Shown here one piece after another: positions 11,809 through 21,741 of a stretch of DNA of 64,000 nucleotides. This DNA is from Fimbriosthenelais zetlandica (taxonomy: Eukaryota), in NCBI GenBank assembly GCA_977030845.1, contig OZ365118.1, positions 16,926,001 through 16,990,000 on the forward strand, read 5' to 3'. Under the pieces are notes generated by a model that was given only the letters and a program-made list of their open reading frames with translations, searched no databases and had not been told where the DNA came from. Numbering within the stretch: position 1 is the stretch's first letter; the number at the start of each line of letters is the position of its first letter. The translations under genes and the position numbers were made by a program.

Positions 11809-14800
11809 CTATGAACACCACCCACCTCTATAATGAGATTTCTGTGATGTTAAGGTATGGGTAATACTCGAGATCCGTGATGACGGACAATTCAATACGG
11901 TAATACACAGTTAATGAAGTAAGCCGTAAAGCCTTGATGTATGGACATCATATAAGATGTGATATATATCACCCTGACAATGCTCCCTGGTGGGCGGAAC
12001 AATCGACATCCCCCGTAAACACTGCTTTATATCCCATAAGAGTAATAATAAATTAATACCAAGATAAAGCCCGCCCCTCAACCAATGCTTTGTGATGCTT
12101 CTAGGTTTATCTCCAACCTCTACAACGTTAAACCCCATTCAATCAACCAACCTCTACAACCCTCTGACTTGTGTTACACAATACATACAACATTCATAGA
12201 CATTTCTTTCAAATTTGACAAAGTCATTAAGGCAGGCGTATAAAAATATAACACCCATCCATACATAAGGCAACTTCTTGAGTTTTCTCTCAACTATATT
12301 GCTTTATTTATTCCGCTAGCATTCAGCTTATTGTCCATTTCTTTATGATGCTATTGAAAAATACCCTGTAGAGTTTCATTTCTTAGACTAATTTATTGCC
12401 CAGCGCAATCAAATACAAGAAGCATGACAGGTTTTTTTCAGAGAACTGCTCTTTGCATGTATAGGTGCAAGGTTCATCACAGTCTGGGTTAAGAACAGAA
12501 AAGGCGAACGCTTCTATTAGCACTAACTGTATGTGAGCCTATGCCCTTAGAGCCAGTAGGTTAGATTACCAGTTAAAATATAGATTGCTTTTCTACGTGG
12601 TCTTTCTCCACCCATTCCCCTAAGGTAAGACTGGAGATAACTGCAGGCAGATCACAACCCCCTTACACCCAACCCTACAGTCCTATACTCCCTCTATATA
12701 GGCCTTTACAACTTAACTGGCCCTCGTACGCTATATGCTATACTCACTGTTATAAGCTATATCTCTCCCTCTCTTGTCATATATTAACTTTATATGTTTC
12801 TATTAAGACCTAACGGGACTGAATGAAGTTGGAGCACCTCGTGAAATTGATGCATTTCCCTCAAAGGAAATTTAATTCTCCCGCCCCCATGATAAACTTT
12901 CTCCATTTAGCTAGGGGCTTTTTATCGAACAATCCTCTCACTTTCTCTCTCTCCCCCAAGTTTGCCAGTATATTAGCTTGGATATTGCAATCCAAATGAC
13001 AGAATTCTCTTCCCCGGCCAAATGGTAACTGGGGGAATGGCTCCCCAATGCTCGTGTTCGCCTATAAAATGGCTATTTTCATTCAGGGCTATTAGCAGGG
13101 CCAGCTCTATATTGGCCTACCATGCACCATAGATTTGGCTAATCTACATTTTGGCTGGCTTTCTTTCCAAATTTAAATCCCCTCCCAGTGAATCTTTCCT
13201 TTAGAGTGGCTCTATGCTACGTTAGTTCATTGCATAAAGTATAAGTTATGAAACAGGATCCAGGCCACCCATACAGCCATACACAATATGTGGATTTATA
13301 GCCATGAATCGGCACCCTATTAGCAGATACATTGATAAGTGACAAAAATGAGAACCCCATTTGATACATAGCTCTTAGATCTATCATCGACCTTCTTAAC
13401 CTAGAAGTATTTCTCATTTGTTTAAAACAATAAAAGGGATCAGCGTCTAATGCATCAAATCAATGACAGGATTACAGTGGATTGAGTTTCCTAGCTCGCT
13501 CTACTCAAATCCATTTATTCCACGGCTTGTTTTTTGTCACAATGCCTCACAAGGCAGTGCTCTTATAAAGTTTGATATATAAAAAGACTTTGTCAATATA
13601 GAAGCGAACCGAAGCCAGAGAAAGATGGCTCAAAAAAGGAGGAGATCGATCAGAAATGGATCTGTGTAAAACCAGGATGAAGTTATGTGATGATGAAGGA
13701 AATTTTGTCAGATTAGTTCCTCCTTTGAGCTTAAACCCCCTATAGAGACAGTGCCCTCGGTGCACCCAGTGCGAAATCTTAAGCCTGCAGCTCCTCTGGT
13801 CCTAGTAGTAAGCCATATTATTACCAGCTTCCAACTTCATTTCTTCCCCAGAAAAAAAAACCTCCTAAGGATAAAAGAAAATAACTCTAAATTTGTATTA
13901 GTTTGGGAGATGTTTTTCCAACTCTGTTTTCGCAGAGGATCTCTCGAGTGGAAATTGATAGTCAAGGAAATGGGGATTCTAAATCTGTCCTTCACAAGTC
14001 ACTGGGGGGTTCCTGGAACTACATAGGCCATACTATTGATTTTATTCCTCCCTCTATGTCATTCACTTTTCCTGTTCTTAGGATCTCTATCAAGTTTCGA
14101 ATCTGAATACATTGCCTTTGTTTCGATGGAATTCTCAGTTCATCTTGCTATATTCCTAAGTACCAGAAGAAGTATGACTTCGAAGCAAGCCACTAACATG
14201 ATGTATTCATAGGCATGATTTTTCCCACAGTCTAATAGACTTGCCCACGGCATATTTAATGAGCTAAGGATGATTAAGTCACAGTGCCTGCAGGAAAATG
14301 ACAAGGGAATAATTAATTATTGCTTATTGAATATGAAATAACGCATATTCCCAGAGTTCCTTCTCTAGTCAAAGAAACTGGCCTTGTAGCCTAGCTGAGG
14401 GTCAATTGCGGGGGTTCAATTGGAGAAATAAAGCAGCAAATAGGGCATCTCTTGTAAAGGTAGGTACTTTTAATTGACGATCGGTGGCTCTCGTCGTGCA
14501 GGTCCGGATCGTGTCCACGACCCGGTACTGGACCACCTGTCAATCTTTTCACCCCACTTGCCTGGCTCAAGATGCCACTTTCTCGTGGGAAGGCCACCCC
14601 TGGCTGAAACATGGTATCGCTAATGTAACGTCGTTAATTGACTGATTCCCGTTTTTCTGACCTGACCTGGGACCGGAAATGTTGATACTGGAAATGTCAA
14701 TCACACCAACTTTCCCCGGGCCTGAAGTTTGGATATCAGTGAGTCTTCTGACTTGATTAAATTTAAACGGGCATCCATATTCGATACAGAAGTTTTAAGG

Positions 14801-15675
14801 TGAAAGCTATTCCCTGGAATATGTAACTGATCGTTTATAATGCGATCGATTTACCTCATAAATCCAAAACATGATATGACATTCCCCTGCCCCTGATTCT
14901 TGATATTAGAATTACTTTCTTCGAAAGACATCCATTCCTATTTGTCGTTTGGACTCCTTCAAAAAGGTTCAGAGATTTTTTTAAAATCCTTTAAAGTTAT
15001 TCATCGGAATATGGTGAACAAAAACGGGAACGTTCCGAATACAAACTTCAGCTTGGTTATTTCACAAGATAGATTTTATTTGGCCGGGATAAAAATATGT
15101 TAAATGGCCCTCGGGGGTGTATTTCAGCCAGCAATTCCCAGCTCCATTCTATCATTGATGGCAGCCATACTTTTTCCCTCTCCCCAGATTTGGGACATTT
15201 TCAGCTGGGCAGTGAATAAATAGCCATGGTTTTAGTGCTCTCCTGGCTTTATCATCAACCCACGATAATCCCCAGGAAGGGAGCAGTGGCATTTAAAACG
15301 TGGCTCTCTGGCCATCCCTCCTCCCCCACTGCCGCCCCCGCCCCCACCCCCACCCACTCCCTCAGAAGGCGGTAAGCCCCGAGCCCTGATCCCTCCTTAC
15401 AGGAGGTCGTGGTGACCATGATAATCCACATGGGATTATACTAATCTACAGATCACTGCTGTGGGAGGCCACAGTTCTCTATGGAAGGTCAAATGAAACC
15501 ATCCGCTTTATATTGAAAGGGTTGGATTTAAGATGTGGAATGTACTTTGATCATGCATTAAGGTATGGCCAAATGGGCATCCTTTGGAGGAAGGGGGGTG
15601 GGGTTGAGAGGAGAAGTTTGACATGCTGGAGGGGGGAGGGTTGGTGGTTGAAGTGTAAGTTGTAGACTGAATATT

Positions 15676-15690
15676 GTCTCTCTAATTGTT
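15676..15690 (+). repeat. Target-site duplication, left copy (GTCTCTCTAATTGTT)
   Basis: Identical to 22153-22167 and abuts the poly(T) that is the element's tail. Confidence 0.93.
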
Positions 15691-15733
15691 TTTTTTTTAT
15701 CTTTCCACCCCTCATAGAGGACGTGCATTTATT
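15691..15733 (-). terminator. Polyadenylation signal and poly(A) tail of the LINE
   Basis: AATAAA at 15733-15728 followed 29 nt later by A8 (15698-15691) running into the TSD. Confidence 0.7.
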
Positions 15734-15920
15734 AAACTTTCAGAACACTTACAGGGTATTTTTTTGTTTTTTTTTTAACAATGAATAAGAATATATCAGT
15801 TAGATAGAAATACAAAATAAAAGTTGAGGTACATTGTCCACTCTAGTTACAATAATCAAAATTACTCTTGGAAAATTTGTTTTTTGTTAGAGATATCTGA
15901 AGCCTTTAAAGACTTATAAC

Positions 15921-18900
15921 TTAACATGCCTCATATAGAAATTTTAGTAGTTCTGAATCCAGGTTTTTACAACGCTTCGAACTGATATATTCTGACCAAC
16001 ACCATAACTTCAGTTCTCTTATCCAGATTAGCAGTTGACAATTCTTTTCATAAAATAATCTACGTTTTAATATAAAATGTTTAGTGAAGATTATTAAAGC
16101 ATTTAGGAGATTCAGTTCGTGAGTTCTTGGCGTGTGGAGTATTCCTAATAATAATTCAGCGTCTGTTATACCTTTAAGATCAGGCCAATTAATTTGATTT
16201 ATCAGTGTTAACCATTTAAAGATTGATTGCCATAAATTACTTGAGTGGTCACAGGTGACAAAGAAGTGAACCAAGCTATCTACCTCATTACAGGAGTCGC
16301 AAAATTCCGAGTCAGAAACACGAATTAGATATAGGTACTTGTTACATGGACACAATCTATGTATAAGCTTGTACATGAAGGATTGTAACTTTGTATCACT
16401 AGTGACGTAAAAAGGCAGTTCATATATCTTTTTCCACAGCTCTAAATCATACCTATCTTCAAAAAAGTCAGGGAATTCAACTTTCCATTTGGCTCTATAA
16501 TTATACATCTGCTTCTTACAATTCAGAAGAGACCAGTAAAAGACTGAAGTCTGCGTATACAGTACATCAATGCATTTTTCACCCTTATGTTGAACATATA
16601 AAATGGGACCATGAATTTCGGTAAAAGTAGAGGATATAACAATTCTCCATGAGAGAGGTATAGACAATCGGATACTGAGCAAGTCCAAAAAGGTAACACT
16701 AAAACCCATATGTTCTGACAGCTCTTCAGCAGATCTGAAATTCCTGTCTCTTATGAGATCCCCAATACACCATACATTCTTACGAGCCCAATTCATATTC
16801 AAAGGCAACGATTTGCCATCACGCGTTATGTATTTATTTTCCCATATAGACTCTGACAATATTTGCTTTTCTGATACAGGCTTTTTGTAATACAACTCCT
16901 CCCATGATTTCATCAACTTTGTATAGAAACAGAAACCCTTGAAGTCATGTACATTACATTGAAATTTACAATTAAAAAACCTGAGAATATCAAAAGGCCA
17001 GTTCGTCAGTTTGATGAATATTTCCTGATATGGCTTTAATGTACCTTCGTCCTGTAAACACAGACGTCTAACCCAAGAGATATGAGCAGCTTTCACGCGA
17101 GTACTTAAATCAGCTAATTTCAAGCCCCCCTTAGCAATATCCTGCGTCAGATAATCGTAGGCAACCTTTGGTTTTTTTGAATCCCATAGATACTCTATAA
17201 TTATCTTCTTAAGTTCAGTATATACCTTACTAGGGGTATATAAATTACCAGCTAGATATCCCAGAATGGAAATAACAAGTGAATTAAGAATTGTGATTTT
17301 CCCTTTTAAGGATAACGATCTGTGGGTCCAGTTGGATATTACAGATTTCATTCTCATAAGACAAGGTTGGAAGTTAAGGGTGTAACTATCCAATACCGTG
17401 TTGGCACTCGTGAAATATACTCCTAGAATTTTTATTTTGTCTGCGACAGAAAACCCCAGTTCCTCTAATTCATTCTTAGCAAAACCTCTAACAATTAACA
17501 CTTCAGATTTCTTTGCATTGATTGCTAAACCTGAGAACTTATTAAATTGATCTAACACTGTAAGAGACGTGACAATATCTTTCATACAGGAAGCAAAGCA
17601 AGTTACATCATCTGCATAACAGGAGAGTTTAAAATGTGATCTAATTTTAAAACCTTTTATATCTTTGTGACATCGGATTTTCACAGCAAGAACCTCCAAG
17701 ACTAATACAAAAAGGAATGGCGAGAGACAGCAGCCTTGTTTGAACCCCCTACAGTTGGGGAAGTAACGAGAGGTGTAACCAGCATTAATAACACATGTTT
17801 CAGATTGATTAAGCAGAGCCCGTATCCAGTTAACAAATTTCTCACTGAACCCATAAGCTTGCAGGGTAGCAAACAAGGTACTCCAATATACGGAATCAAA
17901 AGCCTTTCTAAAGTCCAAGCCGAGAACGGCTAAATTCCTGTTAAAAGTATTTGCAAAATTTATAATATCATCCACTGCTCTTATGTTCTCTCCAATGTAT
18001 CTACCTTTTACAAATCCTGACTGATCAGTGTGTATCAAACTTGCCAAAAAAGGAGTCAGTCTCTTAGCAAATGCTTTAGTTAAAATCTTGTAGTCAGAAT
18101 TCTGCAAGGTTATGGGCCTCCAGTTTTCAACCAGAGTAAGATCTCGGTCTTTCTTAGGAATTAAATTTATAACTCCCCGACGCTGTTCAGTGCTGAAAAC
18201 ACCCCTTTCTAGGCCTGACAACAGGCTAGTACAAACCCAGTGTTTTACGTCGTTCCAGAAAAATTTATAAAAGTCTACAGATAGGCCATCAGTACCTGGT
18301 GACGTACCATTCTTTAGGGACTTTAAAGCCGTTAGCAACTCTTTTTCTGAAAAAGGCGCATCAAAAACCTTAGAATCACAAGCACTTATACGAGGTAATT
18401 CCACCTGACTAAGATAATTCTTACAATCATCCTCTGAAGGTTGTGCATTGGAGTTATACAATTCACTATAAAATTGAGCTTGCAAGTCACTAATAACCTT
18501 ACGATCAGTGGAGTATTCATTATCACTCAATTTGACCATGGACATAGTTTTCCGTTCTCCGCTTCGCTTTTCTAAGTTCAGAAAATATTTAGAGGGACGT
18601 TCCCCTTCCACTCGCCACTTAGCTCTACAGCGAAATGCTGCTCTCACCGATTTACACCTCTCTATACCTTCAAGTTCTCTCCTGACTGAGTTCAACTCTA
18701 AACCCACATCAATACCTATGTCGTCCAAGGACGACAACCTTATAAGTTCATTACTCAAGGATTCTTCCAATTCTTTTTCCTGCCTCCTTTTATTTTTTCC
18801 ATAGATAATGGAAAATTCTCTAATTTTTAACTTCAAGAATTCCCATTTTAAGACTGGGTCCATATCTGGGTCCTCAGTCTCAGCGGACTTAAATAGGTTC

Positions 18901-19703
18901 TTTAAATCTTTTACAAAGTTTTTATCATGGAGGAATAAATTGTTAAATTTCCAGAGCCCTGGACCACGACCAAATTCAACCAGTTTGATTTCACTAAAGA
19001 TTGGATTATGATCCGACCAAGTCTTGTATAATATATCTACCTTAGAGACCTTATTGAACAGGTTGTCTGAGAAGAAAATATAATCTATTCTCGATGCAGA
19101 GTCGCCTCTATGAAATGTATAACGCTTACGTTCTGGATTTTTTGCCCTCCATGCATCTATCAGGCCTAGATTTTCTATAAACGTTAATAGATTATGATCA
19201 TACAAGGACTGTGAAACACCATTTACATTTTTTCTATCCAGACTGGGAGAAAGGGCAGTATTGAAGTCACCTCCAATAATCAGATTAGTACAATCAAAAG
19301 TCGATAAAGAAGCCTCCAGAGAATCCAAGAACGCCAGTTGGTCTTGTAGGTGAGAGCCAACGGGAGCATAAAGGTTACAGATAGTAAAAACCTGGCTAGA
19401 AATTTCCAAGCTTATAATTAAGAAACGTCCCGTAGGATCTAATGTCTTCTTAGTAAGTTTGCTAGGAAATCTAGGATTAAATAAAATTCCAACTCCTCTG
19501 GAAGAAGAAGATCCATGGCACCATATACATTTCCCTCCCCATTGGTTGGTCCAGATAGACTCCATAGATAAAGATGAGTGGGTTTCTTGCAACAAACATA
19601 AGCTAGCCTTACAATCCCTTAGTCTTTGAAATACTGCACGCCTCTTCGTGGCATCATTTAGACCATTTACATTCCAAGATATTAAATTTACTTTATCCGA
19701 CAT
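15921..19703 (-). CDS. LINE ORF2p, 1260 aa from the ATG: APE-type endonuclease, reverse transcriptase and CCHC zinc knuckle
   Basis: Endonuclease motifs SWNVNGL, LQETH, GGDFN, RIDY, SDH. RT motifs SPGTDG, WRPITL, QSGF, LDFRKAFD, QGCCLSP, YADD (17607-17618). C-x2-C-x7-H-x4-C at 16251-16301. The ORF track starts at the preceding TTG (19706); the first ATG is at 19703. Confidence 0.97.
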   Translation of the reverse strand: MSDKVNLISWNVNGLNDATKRRAVFQRLRDCKASLCLLQETHSSLSMESIWTNQWGGKCIWCHGSSSSRGVGILFNPRFPSKLTKKTLDPTGRFLIISLEISSQVFTICNLYAPVGSHLQDQLAFLDSLEASLSTFDCTNLIIGGDFNTALSPSLDRKNVNGVSQSLYDHNLLTFIENLGLIDAWRAKNPERKRYTFHRGDSASRIDYIFFSDNLFNKVSKVDILYKTWSDHNPIFSEIKLVEFGRGPGLWKFNNLFLHDKNFVKDLKNLFKSAETEDPDMDPVLKWEFLKLKIREFSIIYGKNKRRQEKELEESLSNELIRLSSLDDIGIDVGLELNSVRRELEGIERCKSVRAAFRCRAKWRVEGERPSKYFLNLEKRSGERKTMSMVKLSDNEYSTDRKVISDLQAQFYSELYNSNAQPSEDDCKNYLSQVELPRISACDSKVFDAPFSEKELLTALKSLKNGTSPGTDGLSVDFYKFFWNDVKHWVCTSLLSGLERGVFSTEQRRGVINLIPKKDRDLTLVENWRPITLQNSDYKILTKAFAKRLTPFLASLIHTDQSGFVKGRYIGENIRAVDDIINFANTFNRNLAVLGLDFRKAFDSVYWSTLFATLQAYGFSEKFVNWIRALLNQSETCVINAGYTSRYFPNCRGFKQGCCLSPFLFVLVLEVLAVKIRCHKDIKGFKIRSHFKLSCYADDVTCFASCMKDIVTSLTVLDQFNKFSGLAINAKKSEVLIVRGFAKNELEELGFSVADKIKILGVYFTSANTVLDSYTLNFQPCLMRMKSVISNWTHRSLSLKGKITILNSLVISILGYLAGNLYTPSKVYTELKKIIIEYLWDSKKPKVAYDYLTQDIAKGGLKLADLSTRVKAAHISWVRRLCLQDEGTLKPYQEIFIKLTNWPFDILRFFNCKFQCNVHDFKGFCFYTKLMKSWEELYYKKPVSEKQILSESIWENKYITRDGKSLPLNMNWARKNVWCIGDLIRDRNFRSAEELSEHMGFSVTFLDLLSIRLSIPLSWRIVISSTFTEIHGPILYVQHKGEKCIDVLYTQTSVFYWSLLNCKKQMYNYRAKWKVEFPDFFEDRYDLELWKKIYELPFYVTSDTKLQSFMYKLIHRLCPCNKYLYLIRVSDSEFCDSCNEVDSLVHFFVTCDHSSNLWQSIFKWLTLINQINWPDLKGITDAELLLGILHTPRTHELNLLNALIIFTKHFILKRRLFYEKNCQLLIWIRELKLWCWSEYISSKRCKNLDSELLKFLYEAC

Positions 19704-20070
19704 CAATTAGTATTCTAGAATACAGATTTAGAGCAATTAATGTGACCTCAATGTGCATTTCTTTTGACATTTCACAAAAAAGTAATAACAAGCAATAACA
19801 TGAACATGAATTCTGACATTCAACCTTAACAAAAGTCAAACACTTATCTTTAACAGGATGTGTGTGCTTTCTCATGGTATATAACATCTCATTGTACCGA
19901 ACCTAGTACATAAATTCCTTCATTATTGTAGACTGATCATAATGATTAATAATACAGAATCATTAATGACCCAGGACATATTTCTAATCCCTTTAGATCC
20001 TCAGACGAGATCATCGACTTTAATATGGAAGTTTAAATTTAAGACCATAGTTGAAAATACATCGTCTTTC

Positions 20071-21741
20071 TTAGCCTTCATTCTTTAGCTCCTCACGAAC
20101 CACCATTAGAGACTTCCCCAGTCTATTCCCACCTGACCAAGAGTGTGGGTGCAGGGCTGACTCATCCTTCAGATTATAGCCAATACCCCATCGAGGGCAT
20201 TTGGAAGCTTCGCCCAGACGACGGTTCTCTGTAGACAAGAGGTATTCTAGGGCTGCAGGATTGCCACGAAACTTGGATAGAAGAGCCTGGTACAATGACG
20301 TTTTCAGTCCATCTTCCCACTTCTGTAGGCCAGGCGATGAACGGAGGGAATTCAGTATCTGTTTACATGTTACTGGAGAGGGAGCTGCCAAAGCTTTTCT
20401 CTGTAGGTCATCTCGGCCGACGGAAGCTGCTCGTGAGAACGCCAGATAGTGTTCCACCGTTTTGAAGAAATGAGAACCAACCTGGAATGTGCCTTCAAAG
20501 TGGTTGGAGAGTGGGGAGCTGCTTCCAAAAAATATTACTACCTCCTCCGTCCAAACATTACACAGGTTTATTGGGTTCAAGTCCGGTGGAAGTTCATGTA
20601 GATCGTAAGCTCTGTATCTCTTATCATTGATACTTAGCTCAAAGTTTATGATACGGGGCTCGTGGTATATTTGAGGCTTTTTCTTGGCTGCGGCTAATAT
20701 CATTCTTAATCGGGATAGATCTTGTTGAAGGAGAGGGGGTATATCCTCCCGTATACTGACGGATTTAAAACCCTCATTGTTCAATTTTGTTTTGCTCCAC
20801 CACACTTTATCACGACTGCTATGAGTGCAGAATCTTACCAGAATAGGCCTCGGAGAACCATCATGTCTCTTTTTGCCCAGCCTAAATGCATAATCTATCA
20901 TTACAGTAAGACCTAGCGATTTAGAGCAGAAATTAGATACCGTGCTGGCTGTGTCCTCCTGTAAGCCCGATTCTGGAATGCCTGCCAACACCAAGTTTTG
21001 TCTCCGACGGTTTGCCTCAGCCAGCAAAATATCATACTCAATGACTCGAACTCTCTCTGCCACTAGGTCTTCCAAAGGTATATCCCTTAAGGAGGCCTTG
21101 ACCAGCTTATCCACACGGCCAGAGATATTCTTGTTTATGGCAGCTATAGAACTATCATTAGCTTCTGCCAGCCCTACCACCTCATTGAGATCTTTTCTGA
21201 GATATTTGCAAGTAGCCTGGACGTTAGCTATATCTTTCTTATTTGTCTCAAGGGACAGTTCAATGCTATCTAGCTTCTTCAGTTTTTTCATGTCTTTTTG
21301 AATATCAGTGAGTACAGACATTACCTCCTGGAGTGTCGGAGAGCTCTCAGCCGAACTAGAAGATGACGATGGAGTCGTAGAGGGACCTGATTGTGATTCA
21401 CTTTTATCCATACGCTTTCCCGCTCCCGCCCCAGAGATATGGTTTTGCATGTACTCTGGGACAAAGACATTATCCACTTCTACTTGTGAGGATATAGGGG
21501 TAGAACTGATTGAGTTACCAGCGGCCTTACTAGGCGAAACAGTTATGTTTTCAGGGGTTACCAGTCCTCCGGCCCTTTTCCTCGTAGTGGCCTCGGTAGA
21601 AGGGCTCCGTGCGGCCAAGGGTTGTCGACGGTGTTGCCTTTTCCTACTTCCCTGGCCCTGCACCTCCATAAAGTCCTCCATTGTACGGGGACGACCATCC
21701 TTACTAATACTACTATTACTAGGCACAAACATATCTTCCAT
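20071..21741 (-). CDS. LINE ORF1p, 556 aa: Ser-rich N-terminus, coiled coil, L1-type RRM and CTD, C-terminal NADAR (YbiA/DUF1768-like) domain
   Basis: Uninterrupted ATG to TAA. Heptad-rich region at about aa 135-245. L1 ORF1 motifs RRQNLVLAGIPE (from aa 246), AFRLG...PRPILVRF and IREDIP. Residues 401-553 carry the NADAR motifs. Confidence 0.93.
   Translation of the reverse strand: MEDMFVPSNSSISKDGRPRTMEDFMEVQGQGSRKRQHRRQPLAARSPSTEATTRKRAGGLVTPENITVSPSKAAGNSISSTPISSQVEVDNVFVPEYMQNHISGAGAGKRMDKSESQSGPSTTPSSSSSSAESSPTLQEVMSVLTDIQKDMKKLKKLDSIELSLETNKKDIANVQATCKYLRKDLNEVVGLAEANDSSIAAINKNISGRVDKLVKASLRDIPLEDLVAERVRVIEYDILLAEANRRRQNLVLAGIPESGLQEDTASTVSNFCSKSLGLTVMIDYAFRLGKKRHDGSPRPILVRFCTHSSRDKVWWSKTKLNNEGFKSVSIREDIPPLLQQDLSRLRMILAAAKKKPQIYHEPRIINFELSINDKRYRAYDLHELPPDLNPINLCNVWTEEVVIFFGSSSPLSNHFEGTFQVGSHFFKTVEHYLAFSRAASVGRDDLQRKALAAPSPVTCKQILNSLRSSPGLQKWEDGLKTSLYQALLSKFRGNPAALEYLLSTENRRLGEASKCPRWGIGYNLKDESALHPHSWSGGNRLGKSLMVVREELKNEG
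20080..20541 (-). other. NADAR domain within ORF1p (aa about 401-553)
   Basis: Ordered motifs over about 155 aa: IFF-GSSSPLSNHF, F-KTVEHY, SP-x2-CK, W, AL-x-SKF-x2-N, YLLST, LGEAS, WGIG, W-x-GGNRLGKSLMVVREEL. These match the NADAR/YbiA consensus as I recall it (SNF...EHY...KF...LLxT...E...WG.G...GxNxLGxxLMxxR). Confidence 0.9.

Noticed and set aside
13547-13765. ISDRSPPFL resembling the APE SDH motif
   Set aside because: The catalytic His is missing and there is no upstream RIDY or GDFN motif.
18508-19011. Plus-strand ORFs antisense to ORF2
   Set aside because: Shadow frames of ORF2 with no motifs.
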